From the NCBI GenBank assembly GCA_039933845.1, contig JBDTNH010000002.1, positions 1,411 through 65,410 of the forward strand: 64,000 bases of DNA, read 5' to 3'. The notes under the pieces were generated by a model, which saw only the letters and a program-made list of their open reading frames with translations, was not told where the DNA came from and ran no database searches. The position numbers were made by a program, and so were the translations under genes. The DNA comes from Gemmatimonadota bacterium (GTDB lineage Bacteria > Gemmatimonadota > Gemmatimonadetes > Gemmatimonadales > GWC2-71-9). Each line of letters begins with the position of its first letter. The stretch's first letter is position 1. Below, piece after piece: positions 54,487-63,974 of this stretch.

Positions 54487-55530
54487 ATGCCGAGGACCGG
54501 GAAATGCCTGGGACGTGCACTCTCACTTCTCACGTCTCTCCTCGCACTGTCGTGTGCCGACGGTCGTGAGCCGCTCACGCTCTATTCCCCGCACGATCGG
54601 CCGTTGCTGGCGGCCGTCGAGGCGCGCTTCGAGGCCGCCCACCCCACGATCGACCTGCGCTGGCTCGACATGGGGAGTCAGGAGATCCTCGATCGGCTCC
54701 GCTTCGAAAATCCGAACCCGGTCGCCGACCTCTGGTTCGGTGGCCCGACGACGATCTTCGCGCGCGGGGTGGTCGAGGGGGTACTCGAACCCGTCGCGCC
54801 GAGTTGGGGGGGGGAGGTCGATCGCGCGGGTGTCGGCCCCGACGGGCGGTACTGGCCACTCTACCGCACCCCGGCGGTGATCGCCTTCAACCGCGACCTC
54901 GTGCCGCGGGCGGACGCGCCGACCGACTGGGACGAGGTGCTTGACCCGCGCTGGCGCGACCAGGTCCTGATCCGAGATCCGGTGGCGAGCGGCACGATGC
55001 GAGCGATCTGGGGCCTGATCCTGGTCCGGAGCATCCGCGCGACGGGAGACACCGCGGCGGGAATGGCGTGGCTCCGCCGCCTCGATGGCCAGACCCGCAC
55101 CTACGCGCTCAACCCTGCCATCCTCGACCAGAAGCTGGCTCGTGGCGAGGGGAGCATCACGCTCTGGGACCTGCCGGATGTTCTTATCGCTCAGTCGAAG
55201 GGGATGCCGTTCGACTACACCTTCCCGACCAGCGGCACGGTGGTGATCGATGACGCGATCGGCGTGGTGCGCGGCACCAAACATCGGCAGGCCGCCGAGG
55301 CGTTCCTCGAATTCATCGGCAGCCCAGGGATGCAGATCTATACCGCGGAGCATCACTGGCGTCTGCCAGCTCGGCACGACTTGCCGCTCGATTCCGTCCC
55401 GGCGTGGGTCGCGGATGTCGAGCAGCGGATGGTGACGGCACCGATGGACTGGTCGATGCTCGCCATTAACGGGACCGCGTGGATGCGCTACTGGGATCAG
55501 CGCGTGCGTGGCACGGGAAAGGGGAGCTGA
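54487..55530 (+). CDS. ABC transporter substrate-binding lipoprotein (Fe3+/polyamine-type, cluster D fold)
   Basis: MPRTGKCLGRALSLLTSLLALSC lipobox. LTLYSPHDRPLL, ADLWFGG. Confidence 0.8.
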   Translation: MPRTGKCLGRALSLLTSLLALSCADGREPLTLYSPHDRPLLAAVEARFEAAHPTIDLRWLDMGSQEILDRLRFENPNPVADLWFGGPTTIFARGVVEGVLEPVAPSWGGEVDRAGVGPDGRYWPLYRTPAVIAFNRDLVPRADAPTDWDEVLDPRWRDQVLIRDPVASGTMRAIWGLILVRSIRATGDTAAGMAWLRRLDGQTRTYALNPAILDQKLARGEGSITLWDLPDVLIAQSKGMPFDYTFPTSGTVVIDDAIGVVRGTKHRQAAEAFLEFIGSPGMQIYTAEHHWRLPARHDLPLDSVPAWVADVEQRMVTAPMDWSMLAINGTAWMRYWDQRVRGTGKGS

Positions 55531-56573
55531 TGGATACGGTGATCGTGGAGCATGTCGCCAAGCGATTCGATGAGACGGCGGTCGTCCGCGATGTCTCGCT
55601 CACGGTCGCGGAGGGCGAAGTGATGGCCCTGCTTGGACCGAGCGGCAGCGGCAAGACCACGATGCTCCGCTTGATCGCGGGTTTCGAGAGCCCCGATGCG
55701 GGGCGCATCCTGCTCTCGGGACGGGATGTCACGGGCGTGAGTGCGGTGGATCGTCGCTGCGGGATGGTGTTCCAGCACTACGCGCTCTTCCCGCACTTGA
55801 GCGTTGGTGAGAACGTGGCGTATGGTCTCGCGGGCCGCCAGATGGACGGCGCAGCGAGGATGGCACGCGTCAGCGAGGCGTTGGCGCTCGTGGATCTCAC
55901 GGGATACGCATCGCGGGCTGTGACGGCACTCTCCGGCGGGCAGCAGCAGCGGGTCGCACTGGCCCGGGCCCTGGCGCCGGAACCGGCGGTTCTGCTGCTC
56001 GACGAACCGCTCAGCAATCTCGACCCGTCGCTTCGCGAGCGGACCCGGCGCGAACTTCGGGAACTCGTGCGACGCATCGGGATCACGACGATCCTCGTCA
56101 CGCACGAACAGGAGGAAGCCTTCGAGCTCGCCGATCGCGTGGCACTCCTGCTGAACGGCGTGCTCGAGCAAGTCGGTTCGCCCGAGGACCTCTACGGCCA
56201 TCCTGCGACGCCCGCTGTCGCCGGCTTCATTGGCCGCGTGATGGCGGTGCCGGGGACCGTGGTGTCGATCACTGAGGGTGAGGCGGTGGTGCGAGCGCTC
56301 GGTACCACGTTGGGCGCCACGGCTCGCGGACTTGAGGTCGGGGCCAAGGTCGATCTGCTGCTCCGTCCGGAAGCGCTGGTCATCGATCCCGCGGGCACGA
56401 TTGCTGGTGTGGTGGAGCATCGACGGTTTGTCGGTGCCCGCGACCTGCTCCTGGTTCGGTGCGGTGAACTCGACCTCGAGGTGCTCGCCGATCCGATGAG
56501 CGCGGCTGTGGGCTCCCCGGTGCACCTGTCGCCGAGCGGGGTCGGGGCCCATGCGTTTGGCACGGGCACGTGA
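55530..56573 (+). CDS. ABC transporter ATP-binding protein (PotA/FbpC-like)
   Basis: Walker A GPSGSGKTT, signature LSGGQQQRVALARAL, Walker B LLLDEP, and a C-terminal TOBE-like domain. 1-nt overlap with the SBP stop. Confidence 0.9.
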   Translation: MDTVIVEHVAKRFDETAVVRDVSLTVAEGEVMALLGPSGSGKTTMLRLIAGFESPDAGRILLSGRDVTGVSAVDRRCGMVFQHYALFPHLSVGENVAYGLAGRQMDGAARMARVSEALALVDLTGYASRAVTALSGGQQQRVALARALAPEPAVLLLDEPLSNLDPSLRERTRRELRELVRRIGITTILVTHEQEEAFELADRVALLLNGVLEQVGSPEDLYGHPATPAVAGFIGRVMAVPGTVVSITEGEAVVRALGTTLGATARGLEVGAKVDLLLRPEALVIDPAGTIAGVVEHRRFVGARDLLLVRCGELDLEVLADPMSAAVGSPVHLSPSGVGAHAFGTGT

Positions 56574-58222
56574 CCCGTAGCTGGCGTGGCTATGGGGCCG
56601 CGCTCCTGCTGCTCATCCTTGGCTGGTTGGTGCTCGAGCCGCTCCTGCTCGTGGCCCTCGATGCCATCCGCGGGAGCGATGGCTGGACACTCGACGCAGT
56701 GCGTGCATTTGTTCGGGAACCGAATGAGTGGCGAGCGGCGTGGAACTCGCTCTGGATCGCGCTCGCGAGCGTGGTGCTCGCGGGGACACTCGGGACCGCC
56801 CTCGCGTTGCTGACTCGCCTGGTCCATTTCCCGGGACGGGCGCTGCTGGGGGCGTTGCTCGCGCTGCCGGCCGTGCTCCCCCCCCTGGTCGGCGTGGTCG
56901 CGTTCCTCTTTCTCTATGGCGAGAGTGGTGTCCTTGCGCGTGCGGTGATGGCGCTCACTGGCGCCACCGAGGCGCCGTGGCGGTTCGAGGGTGCGGGCGC
57001 CATCCTCCTGATCCATGCGACGACGATGTACGTCTACCCGTACCTGCTGGTGCGGGGGGCGCTGGCGTCGTTCGACCCCGCATTGCTCGAGGCCGCCGCC
57101 GCGCTGGGCGCCTCCCGCTGGCGTGCCATTCGGACGGTGGTCGTGCCGTTGTTACGCCCGGCGATCGGCAACGGTGCGCTCCTCGTGGCGCTCTCGTCGC
57201 TCGCGTCCTTCTCGGCGCCGTATGTCTTCGGGGGGGGATTCCGTGTGCTGCCGACTCAACTCATCAGCACGCGCCTCAACGGCGACATCGCCATTGCCAT
57301 GGTGGAGACCCTGGCCCTGGTGGTGTTGGCCCTCGTGGCGGTCGTGCTCGCCTCGCGCCTCGGTGGTCCGGGCGTGCGGGGGGCAGGGAAGGGGCTCGCA
57401 CCGGCGCCAAGTCGGCACCGGAGCGCCTTCACGCTGCCATCAATGGCCGTGGCGCTCGGCGCGACCGGATGGTTGCTCCTGCCGCATCTGGCGCTGCTGA
57501 TGGTCTCGTTCGTCCCGGTCGGCGCGTGGACCACCAGCGCCTTGCCCGCGGCCTGGACGCTCACCAACTATGTCGTGCTGGTGGCCGAACCCTCGCGCTG
57601 GCAACCCTTCGCCACGTCGCTCTGGATGGCCACGCTCGCCGCCGCGGGCGCGGCACTGTTCGCCGTGCTCGTGGCGCTGGCCGCGCGAGACCCCCGGCGA
57701 CGATTGTCGCGCTGGCTCGAGGCGTTCCTCGCCTTGCCATGGGCAGTCCCAGGGACCGTGTATGCGATTGCACTCGCCACAATGTTTGCCCGGCACCAGC
57801 CACTCACCGGCCGGATCATCCTGATCGGCACACTCTGGCTGCTGCCGCTGGCCTATCTGGTGCGCGCATTGCCGATTGTCGGACGGGCGGTGGTGAGCGC
57901 GATCCGGGGGCTCGATCCGGCGCTTGACGAGGCGGCGGCCTCGCTCGGCGCCAGGCCGTGGCGCGTGCTCTGGACGATCACGCTCCCCCTGCTCGGACCG
58001 GCGCTCGCCGGGGCCACCGCACTGGCGTTCGTCACCGGCCTGGGCGACTTCATGACGTCGGTGATTCTCTACACCTACGACACCCGCCCCGTCTCGCTCG
58101 AGATCCTCGGCGCGATTCGGCAGGGTGAAATTGGCGTGGCCGCGGCGTATGGCGTCGTGCTGGCGCTGATCAGCGCCGGGGCGTTCCTGCTGGCCGAGCG
58201 CGGCCGGAGCCGCTCGGCATGA
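56570..58222 (+). CDS. ABC transporter permease, fused double-domain (FbpB-like)
   Basis: 550 aa, two BPD_transp_1 repeats (EAAAALGASRWRAIRTVVVP and EAAASLGARPWRVLWTITLP). GTGA overlap. Confidence 0.85.
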   Translation: MTRSWRGYGAALLLLILGWLVLEPLLLVALDAIRGSDGWTLDAVRAFVREPNEWRAAWNSLWIALASVVLAGTLGTALALLTRLVHFPGRALLGALLALPAVLPPLVGVVAFLFLYGESGVLARAVMALTGATEAPWRFEGAGAILLIHATTMYVYPYLLVRGALASFDPALLEAAAALGASRWRAIRTVVVPLLRPAIGNGALLVALSSLASFSAPYVFGGGFRVLPTQLISTRLNGDIAIAMVETLALVVLALVAVVLASRLGGPGVRGAGKGLAPAPSRHRSAFTLPSMAVALGATGWLLLPHLALLMVSFVPVGAWTTSALPAAWTLTNYVVLVAEPSRWQPFATSLWMATLAAAGAALFAVLVALAARDPRRRLSRWLEAFLALPWAVPGTVYAIALATMFARHQPLTGRIILIGTLWLLPLAYLVRALPIVGRAVVSAIRGLDPALDEAAASLGARPWRVLWTITLPLLGPALAGATALAFVTGLGDFMTSVILYTYDTRPVSLEILGAIRQGEIGVAAAYGVVLALISAGAFLLAERGRSRSA

Positions 58223-59430
58223 CCGAGCTTTCCCCCCCCTCGAAACGCGACCAGTTCCGGCAGTTGAGCGTCCTCATCGCCGTCTCGTTCATCGACATGC
58301 TCGGCTTCTTCCTGATCCTGCCGATCTTGCCGTTCTACGCCCTGGACTTTCACGCGTCTCCCGAGACCATCGGCTGGTTGATCGCCTCGTTCTCGATCGC
58401 CCAGCTGGTGGCCGCACCCCTCTGGGGCCGGCTCTCGGATCGGATCGGACGGCGTCCCGTCCTGTTGATCTCGCTCTTCGCCTCCTCGCTCGCGTTCCTG
58501 GTGTTCGGGCTCGCGAATGCCCTCTGGTTGCTCTTCGTGTCGCGATTGATCCAGGGCGCCGGGGGGGGGACGACCGGTGTCACCCATGCCTACATCAGTG
58601 ACACCGTCGGACCCGACGATCGAGCACGGGCACTCGGATGGTTGTCCGCTGCGACGGCCGCGGGGGTCATGGTGGGCCCTGCCATTGGATCGGCCGCCAC
58701 CGCGCTCGGACGCTCGGCGCCGGGGCTGATCGCGAGTGCCCTCTGTCTCTGCAACGTCCTCGCGGCGTGGCGTTGGTTGCCGGAGTCGCGACGGGCCGAC
58801 ATCGCCCCGCCACGCCGCCGCCCGGTCTGGCATGCGGCATGGGAAGTGATTCGCTCGCCGCGGGGTGCGGCGCCGCGGCTCGTGCTGATCTACGGTGTCG
58901 GGATGCTCGCCTTCTCGCTTGTGACCAGCGTCCTGGCACTCTGGCTTGAGGCGAAGTTTGCGGTGACCGAGGCCACCATCGGGTACTTCTTCGTCTATAC
59001 CGGGTTACTCTCGCTTGTCATGCGGTCGCTCCTGCTCGGCCCGGCCATCGATCGTCTGGGCGAGGTCGGCGCGATGCGGTTGGGCACGGTGGTGCTGGCG
59101 ACCGGGTTGCTGCTCTACCCCGTGGCACCGAACCTCTGGGTGCTCGCCGTCATCATCCCGCTGATCCCGATCGGCACGGCCCTGCTCTTTCCGGCCACCA
59201 CTTCGCTCCTGTCGAAGGCCGCGGTCCCCGGTGAGCTCGGCACCACCATGGGGGTGGCGCAGACCTTTGCTGGCGTCTCCCGGGTCGTGGCACCGATCGT
59301 GGGGACCATTGCATTCCAACGTCTCGGGGTGGACGCCCCGTTCCTGATCGGCGGTCTGGTGGTGTCGGGGGTCGGCATGGTCGCGTTCCGGTACATTCGG
59401 GCCGCCCGGCCGGTGCCGCGGGTGCCATGA
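58219..59430 (+). CDS. MFS transporter
   Basis: 403 aa, 12 TM. GRLSDRIGRRPVLL motif A. ATGA overlap with the permease. Confidence 0.85.
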   Translation: MTELSPPSKRDQFRQLSVLIAVSFIDMLGFFLILPILPFYALDFHASPETIGWLIASFSIAQLVAAPLWGRLSDRIGRRPVLLISLFASSLAFLVFGLANALWLLFVSRLIQGAGGGTTGVTHAYISDTVGPDDRARALGWLSAATAAGVMVGPAIGSAATALGRSAPGLIASALCLCNVLAAWRWLPESRRADIAPPRRRPVWHAAWEVIRSPRGAAPRLVLIYGVGMLAFSLVTSVLALWLEAKFAVTEATIGYFFVYTGLLSLVMRSLLLGPAIDRLGEVGAMRLGTVVLATGLLLYPVAPNLWVLAVIIPLIPIGTALLFPATTSLLSKAAVPGELGTTMGVAQTFAGVSRVVAPIVGTIAFQRLGVDAPFLIGGLVVSGVGMVAFRYIRAARPVPRVP

Positions 59431-61172
59431 CACCTGACTCACGTTATCATCTTCGGATGTTCAGGACTCCCCTTCCCCCCGATAGCGGTGGGCTCGCTTC
59501 CGCCTCCTGGGACGATATCGCTGGCTGGTACGAAGACCTTGCCACGGCCGAACTCACCGAGACGAGTCGGGCGGAATGGCTCGCGTCGTGGTCGCGGCTC
59601 GATGAGCTCGTCACGGAGGCCGCATCTCTCGCGATGATCGCCTACACCTCGGATACCGCGGACACCGCGAAGGGAAAGGCTCACCTCCGGTTCTCCACCG
59701 AGATCCTTCCGAGGCTCGAGGAGAAGGAGGTGGCGCTCGCGCGCCGCTTCGTGGCGATCGGCACCGATGATCCAGATCTGGCGACGGTCCTCCGTCGGTT
59801 TCGGACCGCGATCGACCTGTTCCGGGAAGCAAACGTCCCGCTTGTCGCCGAGGCAGAGGGTCTCGCGGCGAAGTATCAACAGGTTAGCGGTGGCATGACG
59901 GCGGAGTGGCAAGGCGAACGTGTTCCGCTGCCGAGACTCTCGCCCTTCCTGAAGTCGACGGACCGCGACACTCGCGAGGCGGCGTGGCGTGCCGGGGTTG
60001 CCCCGTATGTCGAGGCGCGCGCGGAACTGGCCGGCGTCTTCGATCGGATGGTCGAACTCCGGCAGCGGATGGCCCGGAACGCGGGCTTCACCGACTACCG
60101 CGACTACATCTTCGTGGCCAAGGGGCGGTTCGACTACACACCGGCCGACACCGAACGTTTGCACGCGGCCATCGAGGAGAAGGTGGTACCAGCGGTCGAG
60201 CGGGTCCTCGTCCAGCGGCGGGAGCGACTGGACCTGCTCGTGCTCCGTCCCTGGGACACGGCCGTGGATCCCTGGCGGGTCGATGCGGCGAAGCCCTACC
60301 GTGACATTGACGAGCTCAAGACTCAGGCGGCCAGGATCTTCACGGAGATCGAGCCAACCCTCGGGTCGCAGTTCCGCCTGATGATGACCGAAGGCCTGCT
60401 CGACCTCGAGTCACGGCCCGGCAAGGCGCCCGGTGGCTATTGCGACACGCTGCATGCACGTGGGCGACCGTTTGTCTTCATGAACGCCGCGGGCATCCCC
60501 GAGGATGTCATGACCCTGATGCATGAGGCCGGCCATTGCTTCCACGCCTTCGCGTCACACGAGCGGCCACTCATCTGGCAACGGCATCCCGGTGCCGAGT
60601 CGGCGGAACTCGCCTCGATGTCGATGGAACTGCTGGCGAGCCCGTTTCTGGTGCGACCGACGGGTTATTACGCCGAGGCTGATGCCGTCTCGGCGCGGCT
60701 GGAGCATCTCGAGGATCTGCTCGTCGCTCTTGCCCATATCGCGTCGGTCGATGCGTTCCAGTCGTGGATCTACACCGATCCGTCGGGGTCCGATGCCGTG
60801 GCTCGGGACGAGGCCTGGCTCCGGATTCGCGGGCGGTTCGAGCAGGGGATCGATTGGGAAGGACTCCGCGTGGAGCGGGTGGCTCGGTGGTATCGCCAGC
60901 TCCACATCTTCCTGTACCCGTTTTACTACATCGAGTACGCCATCGCCCAGATCGGCGCCCTCCAGGTCTGGCGGAACACCCGCCAGGATCCGGTCAAGGC
61001 GGTCGCGGCGTATCGGCGGTTCCTCGCGCTCGGTGCGACCAGGCCACTGCCGGAGCTGTACCGCGCCGCTGGCGTCGATCTCTCCTTTGAGGCGGACATG
61101 CTCGGTGATCTGGTGACGATGGTGGAGGAGGAGATGGAGATGCTCAGGGGGGAACTGCAGAGCCTGACCTGA
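59427..61172 (+). CDS. M3 family oligoendopeptidase (PepF-like)
   Basis: HEAGHCFH zinc motif with downstream E. 581 aa. ATGA overlap with the MFS gene. Confidence 0.85.
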   Translation: MTPDSRYHLRMFRTPLPPDSGGLASASWDDIAGWYEDLATAELTETSRAEWLASWSRLDELVTEAASLAMIAYTSDTADTAKGKAHLRFSTEILPRLEEKEVALARRFVAIGTDDPDLATVLRRFRTAIDLFREANVPLVAEAEGLAAKYQQVSGGMTAEWQGERVPLPRLSPFLKSTDRDTREAAWRAGVAPYVEARAELAGVFDRMVELRQRMARNAGFTDYRDYIFVAKGRFDYTPADTERLHAAIEEKVVPAVERVLVQRRERLDLLVLRPWDTAVDPWRVDAAKPYRDIDELKTQAARIFTEIEPTLGSQFRLMMTEGLLDLESRPGKAPGGYCDTLHARGRPFVFMNAAGIPEDVMTLMHEAGHCFHAFASHERPLIWQRHPGAESAELASMSMELLASPFLVRPTGYYAEADAVSARLEHLEDLLVALAHIASVDAFQSWIYTDPSGSDAVARDEAWLRIRGRFEQGIDWEGLRVERVARWYRQLHIFLYPFYYIEYAIAQIGALQVWRNTRQDPVKAVAAYRRFLALGATRPLPELYRAAGVDLSFEADMLGDLVTMVEEEMEMLRGELQSLT

Positions 61173-61267
61173 GGGGGGTGCATTGCGCCGACAGCATGGG
61201 CGGCCCAGATTGCCCTCCGACCGGGCGGCCGAATGGGCCCCCGGCATGACCCGACGATGGAGCGTGG

Positions 61268-61486
61268 ATGGCGAAGGAAGAAGGCATCGAGATGGAAGGC
61301 GTCGTGCAGGAGGTCCTGCCCGACCGCAACTACCGCGTGCTCCTCGAGAATGGACACACCATCCTGGCCTATGCCGCCGGGAAGATGTCCAAGTTCAAGA
61401 TTCGGGTGCTCGAGGGCGACCGGGTCAGTGTGGTGCTCTCGCCCTACGACCTCACTCGCGGTCGAGTCGTCTACCGCCACAAGTAG
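61268..61486 (+). CDS. infA: translation initiation factor IF-1
   Basis: 72 aa: [72 protein letters not shown]. Confidence 0.95.
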   Translation: MAKEEGIEMEGVVQEVLPDRNYRVLLENGHTILAYAAGKMSKFKIRVLEGDRVSVVLSPYDLTRGRVVYRHK

Positions 61487-61511
61487 CACCCCACGATGGG
61501 TTTGAGCTGAC

Positions 61512-61547
61512 CGGCCCCGGCGATGCCCTGCATCGCCGGGGCCGTTT
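61512..61547 (+). terminator. intrinsic terminator after infA
   Basis: CGGCCCCGGCGATG - CCCTG - CATCGCCGGGGCCG (14-bp stem) followed by TTT. Confidence 0.55.
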
Positions 61548-61606
61548 CATGAGCCGCTGCCGTGGCGCTCAGGAGGCCAGACGGCGTGCACGAGGCCCGA
61601 GGGGTC

Positions 61607-63355
61607 TCACGCGCCGAGCAGTCGTGCGGCGAGGCGCGCGAGTTCACCACCTGGTCGCCGCAACCCTTTCTGGACCGCCTCCTCAATGGCGCTCCGGAAT
61701 TCTCCAGCGGAGGCGTAGCGCGCATGGACATCATTGCGTAGGGCACGGGCGAGCACCGCGGACAATGCCTCGCTCACGTCAGGGCGTTCCTCCGCAAGAT
61801 CGGGCACGACATCGGTGGTCTGCTTCGCGAGGACCTGTGCCGGTGTCGCGCCGGGAAAGGGGACCCGACCAAGTAGCGCGTAGCACGCCACCGCTGCGAG
61901 CGAGTAGAGATCGGTCCGCTGATCGACCTGCTCGCCGAGCAGTTGCTCCGGCGACGCAAACTGTGGTGTCCCGCTCTGCGAGGTGGCCCCCCCGAACCGT
62001 CCTTCCCCGCGCAGGGCCAGTGCCAATCCGAAATCGGTGATGCGGAGTGAGCCATCCCGCTCGAGCAACATGTTCTCCGGCTTGATGTCGCGGTGCACCA
62101 GCCCGAGGGCGTGCGCGTGTCCGAGCGCCGAGAGCGCCTCGCGCAGAATGCGAAGCACCGCGTCGACCGAGAGCGGTCCGTCACGCTCGACGAGTTGGGC
62201 GATGTTCGGCCCGTCGACGATCTCCATCGTGTACCACAGCAGCCCAGACCGGCCGGCGATGTCATAGATGTTGACGATGTTGCTGTGGTTCAGGCGCGCC
62301 GCAAGCTGGGCCTCGCGTCGGAAACGCTCCACCACGCCGGCATCAGCGGTCAGGTGCGGGTGCAGGATCTTGAGCGCGACCTCCCGCTCGAGGTGCAGGT
62401 CGCGCACGCGGTAGACGCGCCCGAAGCCGCCCTGCCCGAGCGGAGAGAGCAGTTCGTAGTCATCCCCCAGGGCACGTCGGAGGCGGGCCTCCCAGTGCTT
62501 GCCGTCGGATTGCTGGACCGACAGGGCAGGGAGCGTGACCTGCGGCGACTCGTACTCGCCGGCGTCACTCGTGAACTCTTCGAGCATCTCCGCCGCCGTC
62601 AGGTAGCGGTCCTCGGGGTCAGGCTTGAGCGCCCGCAAGATGACACGTTCCAGGGCGACGGGCACGACCGGGCGGATGCGCGAGGGTGCCAGCAGGTGAC
62701 GGGTATCGAGGGGGGGGCGAGTGGCGGTGATCGCGAAGTACAGGATCGCCGCGACGGTGTAGATATCGCTGGTCGGGTCACCTGGCTCCCCCCCCCGTAT
62801 CTCGGGGGCGAGGTACTCCAGTCCCGTGGGGTGTTCGGTGGCCGGAATGTCCGGCAGGGTGTGGTTGCAGAAGCGCAGGTCGGTGACGGTGCCGCGTCCC
62901 GTGGCGGTCAGCAGCAGGGACGCGGGCACGATGCGCCGCACGATGATGCCGTGGGCGTGCGCATGCTCCAACGCCGTGAGCAGGTCACGAGCCAGGACAT
63001 GGACGGCGGGCACTGGTCGCGGGCCGCGCTGCACCGCCTCCTCGAGACTCTCGCCAAGGATCCAGTTGCCGATACGGTACGCCACATCACCAATCACGCC
63101 GGCTTCGTAGAGATGCCGGATGGCTGGATGGTCCAATCGACCGAGGGCTTCGGCTTCCTTGAGGAACCATGGCCGGAGCACCGGCTCCGACTCCACATTC
63201 ACCCGGAGCGAGACGGTGCGGCGGACCAACTTGTCCCACGCCTGGAAGAGGAGGCGCTCGTGCGAGACGGCGGCCACGTGGACCAACCGGAAGCGCTCGC
63301 CAAGCGTCTGCTCGACCTGGGCGATCGTGGCTGGGTCCGGACTGATGGCCGACAT
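61607..63355 (-). CDS. tandem pseudokinase-kinase Ser/Thr protein kinase (Hanks type), cytoplasmic
   Basis: Start MSAISPDP (ATG at 63355). The N-terminal domain lacks a G-loop and has VSLRV, VRR (for HRD) and DLR (for DFG), but keeps APE. The C-terminal domain has GQGGFGRVY, VALK, HRDIKPEN, DFG and SPE. Confidence 0.8.
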   Translation of the reverse strand: MSAISPDPATIAQVEQTLGERFRLVHVAAVSHERLLFQAWDKLVRRTVSLRVNVESEPVLRPWFLKEAEALGRLDHPAIRHLYEAGVIGDVAYRIGNWILGESLEEAVQRGPRPVPAVHVLARDLLTALEHAHAHGIIVRRIVPASLLLTATGRGTVTDLRFCNHTLPDIPATEHPTGLEYLAPEIRGGEPGDPTSDIYTVAAILYFAITATRPPLDTRHLLAPSRIRPVVPVALERVILRALKPDPEDRYLTAAEMLEEFTSDAGEYESPQVTLPALSVQQSDGKHWEARLRRALGDDYELLSPLGQGGFGRVYRVRDLHLEREVALKILHPHLTADAGVVERFRREAQLAARLNHSNIVNIYDIAGRSGLLWYTMEIVDGPNIAQLVERDGPLSVDAVLRILREALSALGHAHALGLVHRDIKPENMLLERDGSLRITDFGLALALRGEGRFGGATSQSGTPQFASPEQLLGEQVDQRTDLYSLAAVACYALLGRVPFPGATPAQVLAKQTTDVVPDLAEERPDVSEALSAVLARALRNDVHARYASAGEFRSAIEEAVQKGLRRPGGELARLAARLLGA

Positions 63356-63368
63356 GCTCACAAGATAG

Positions 63369-63974
63369 TCAGCGCTCGCGCGCCAGCATGCGGAGCTCGC
63401 CCGCGAGTTGCCCGAGTTCGTGGTGCAGGGTGGTTGACGGCCAGTCGTCGCGGCGACCCAGCGCGAGATGGAGATCCTCATACCAGTCAATCGCCTCGCG
63501 CCCGCCGCCCCGCCCCTGCAGGTCGAGGTACTCGGGGCCGAGTCGCCGCAACAACGAGATCGCGCTGCCACAGGCATGCACTTCGACGGCACAGCGAATG
63601 TCGAGGGCACGGGGGTCCGAGACCGCCACCTGACCCAGCAAGTCACGGCGGCGATAACGCCATGGGATGTCCATCCCGTGCTGACTGCGCAGTGGCAGGG
63701 CCGCATCGGCGGCCACGCCCGCGGCGACGACGCCGAATCGCTCGCTGACCGCCACCATCGTGACGTCGCGCCGATCGGCCTGGGTGGCCTCGAGCAGGTG
63801 ATGCAGCAAACCAGCCAGGATGGTCGTCTCGTCGACCCCATGTCGAGCGAGAATGATCGCAACACTGTACGGCTGGGCCAGAAAGGGGAGCGCGTCGCCG
63901 ACTGGCGCCAGCGGATGGTAGTGCTTGGCGAGATAGGTCAGTGCATGGGCGATGCGATCGCTGTAGCCGAGCAT
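63369..63974 (-). CDS. HD-superfamily protein resembling small alarmone hydrolases, with degenerate metal-binding motif
   Basis: 201 aa. ...PFLAQPYSVAIILARHGVDETTILAGLLHHLLEAT... aligns by eye to the Rel/SpoT hydrolase core (EPYIxHP...LLHDxxEDT), with H->Q, HD->HH and ED->EA. GAGGAG upstream. Lies 13 nt upstream of the kinase. Confidence 0.55.
   Translation of the reverse strand: MLGYSDRIAHALTYLAKHYHPLAPVGDALPFLAQPYSVAIILARHGVDETTILAGLLHHLLEATQADRRDVTMVAVSERFGVVAAGVAADAALPLRSQHGMDIPWRYRRRDLLGQVAVSDPRALDIRCAVEVHACGSAISLLRRLGPEYLDLQGRGGGREAIDWYEDLHLALGRRDDWPSTTLHHELGQLAGELRMLARER

Noticed and set aside
52139-54526. 795-aa minus-strand ORF antisense to the PIG-L deacetylase. Similar long antisense ORFs occur at 32568..33956, 34822..36177, 55497..56552, 62093..63748, 8403..9560 and 37527..38489
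   Set aside because: All lie opposite genes with strong family signatures, are Arg/His/Gly/Pro-rich and lack start-site context.
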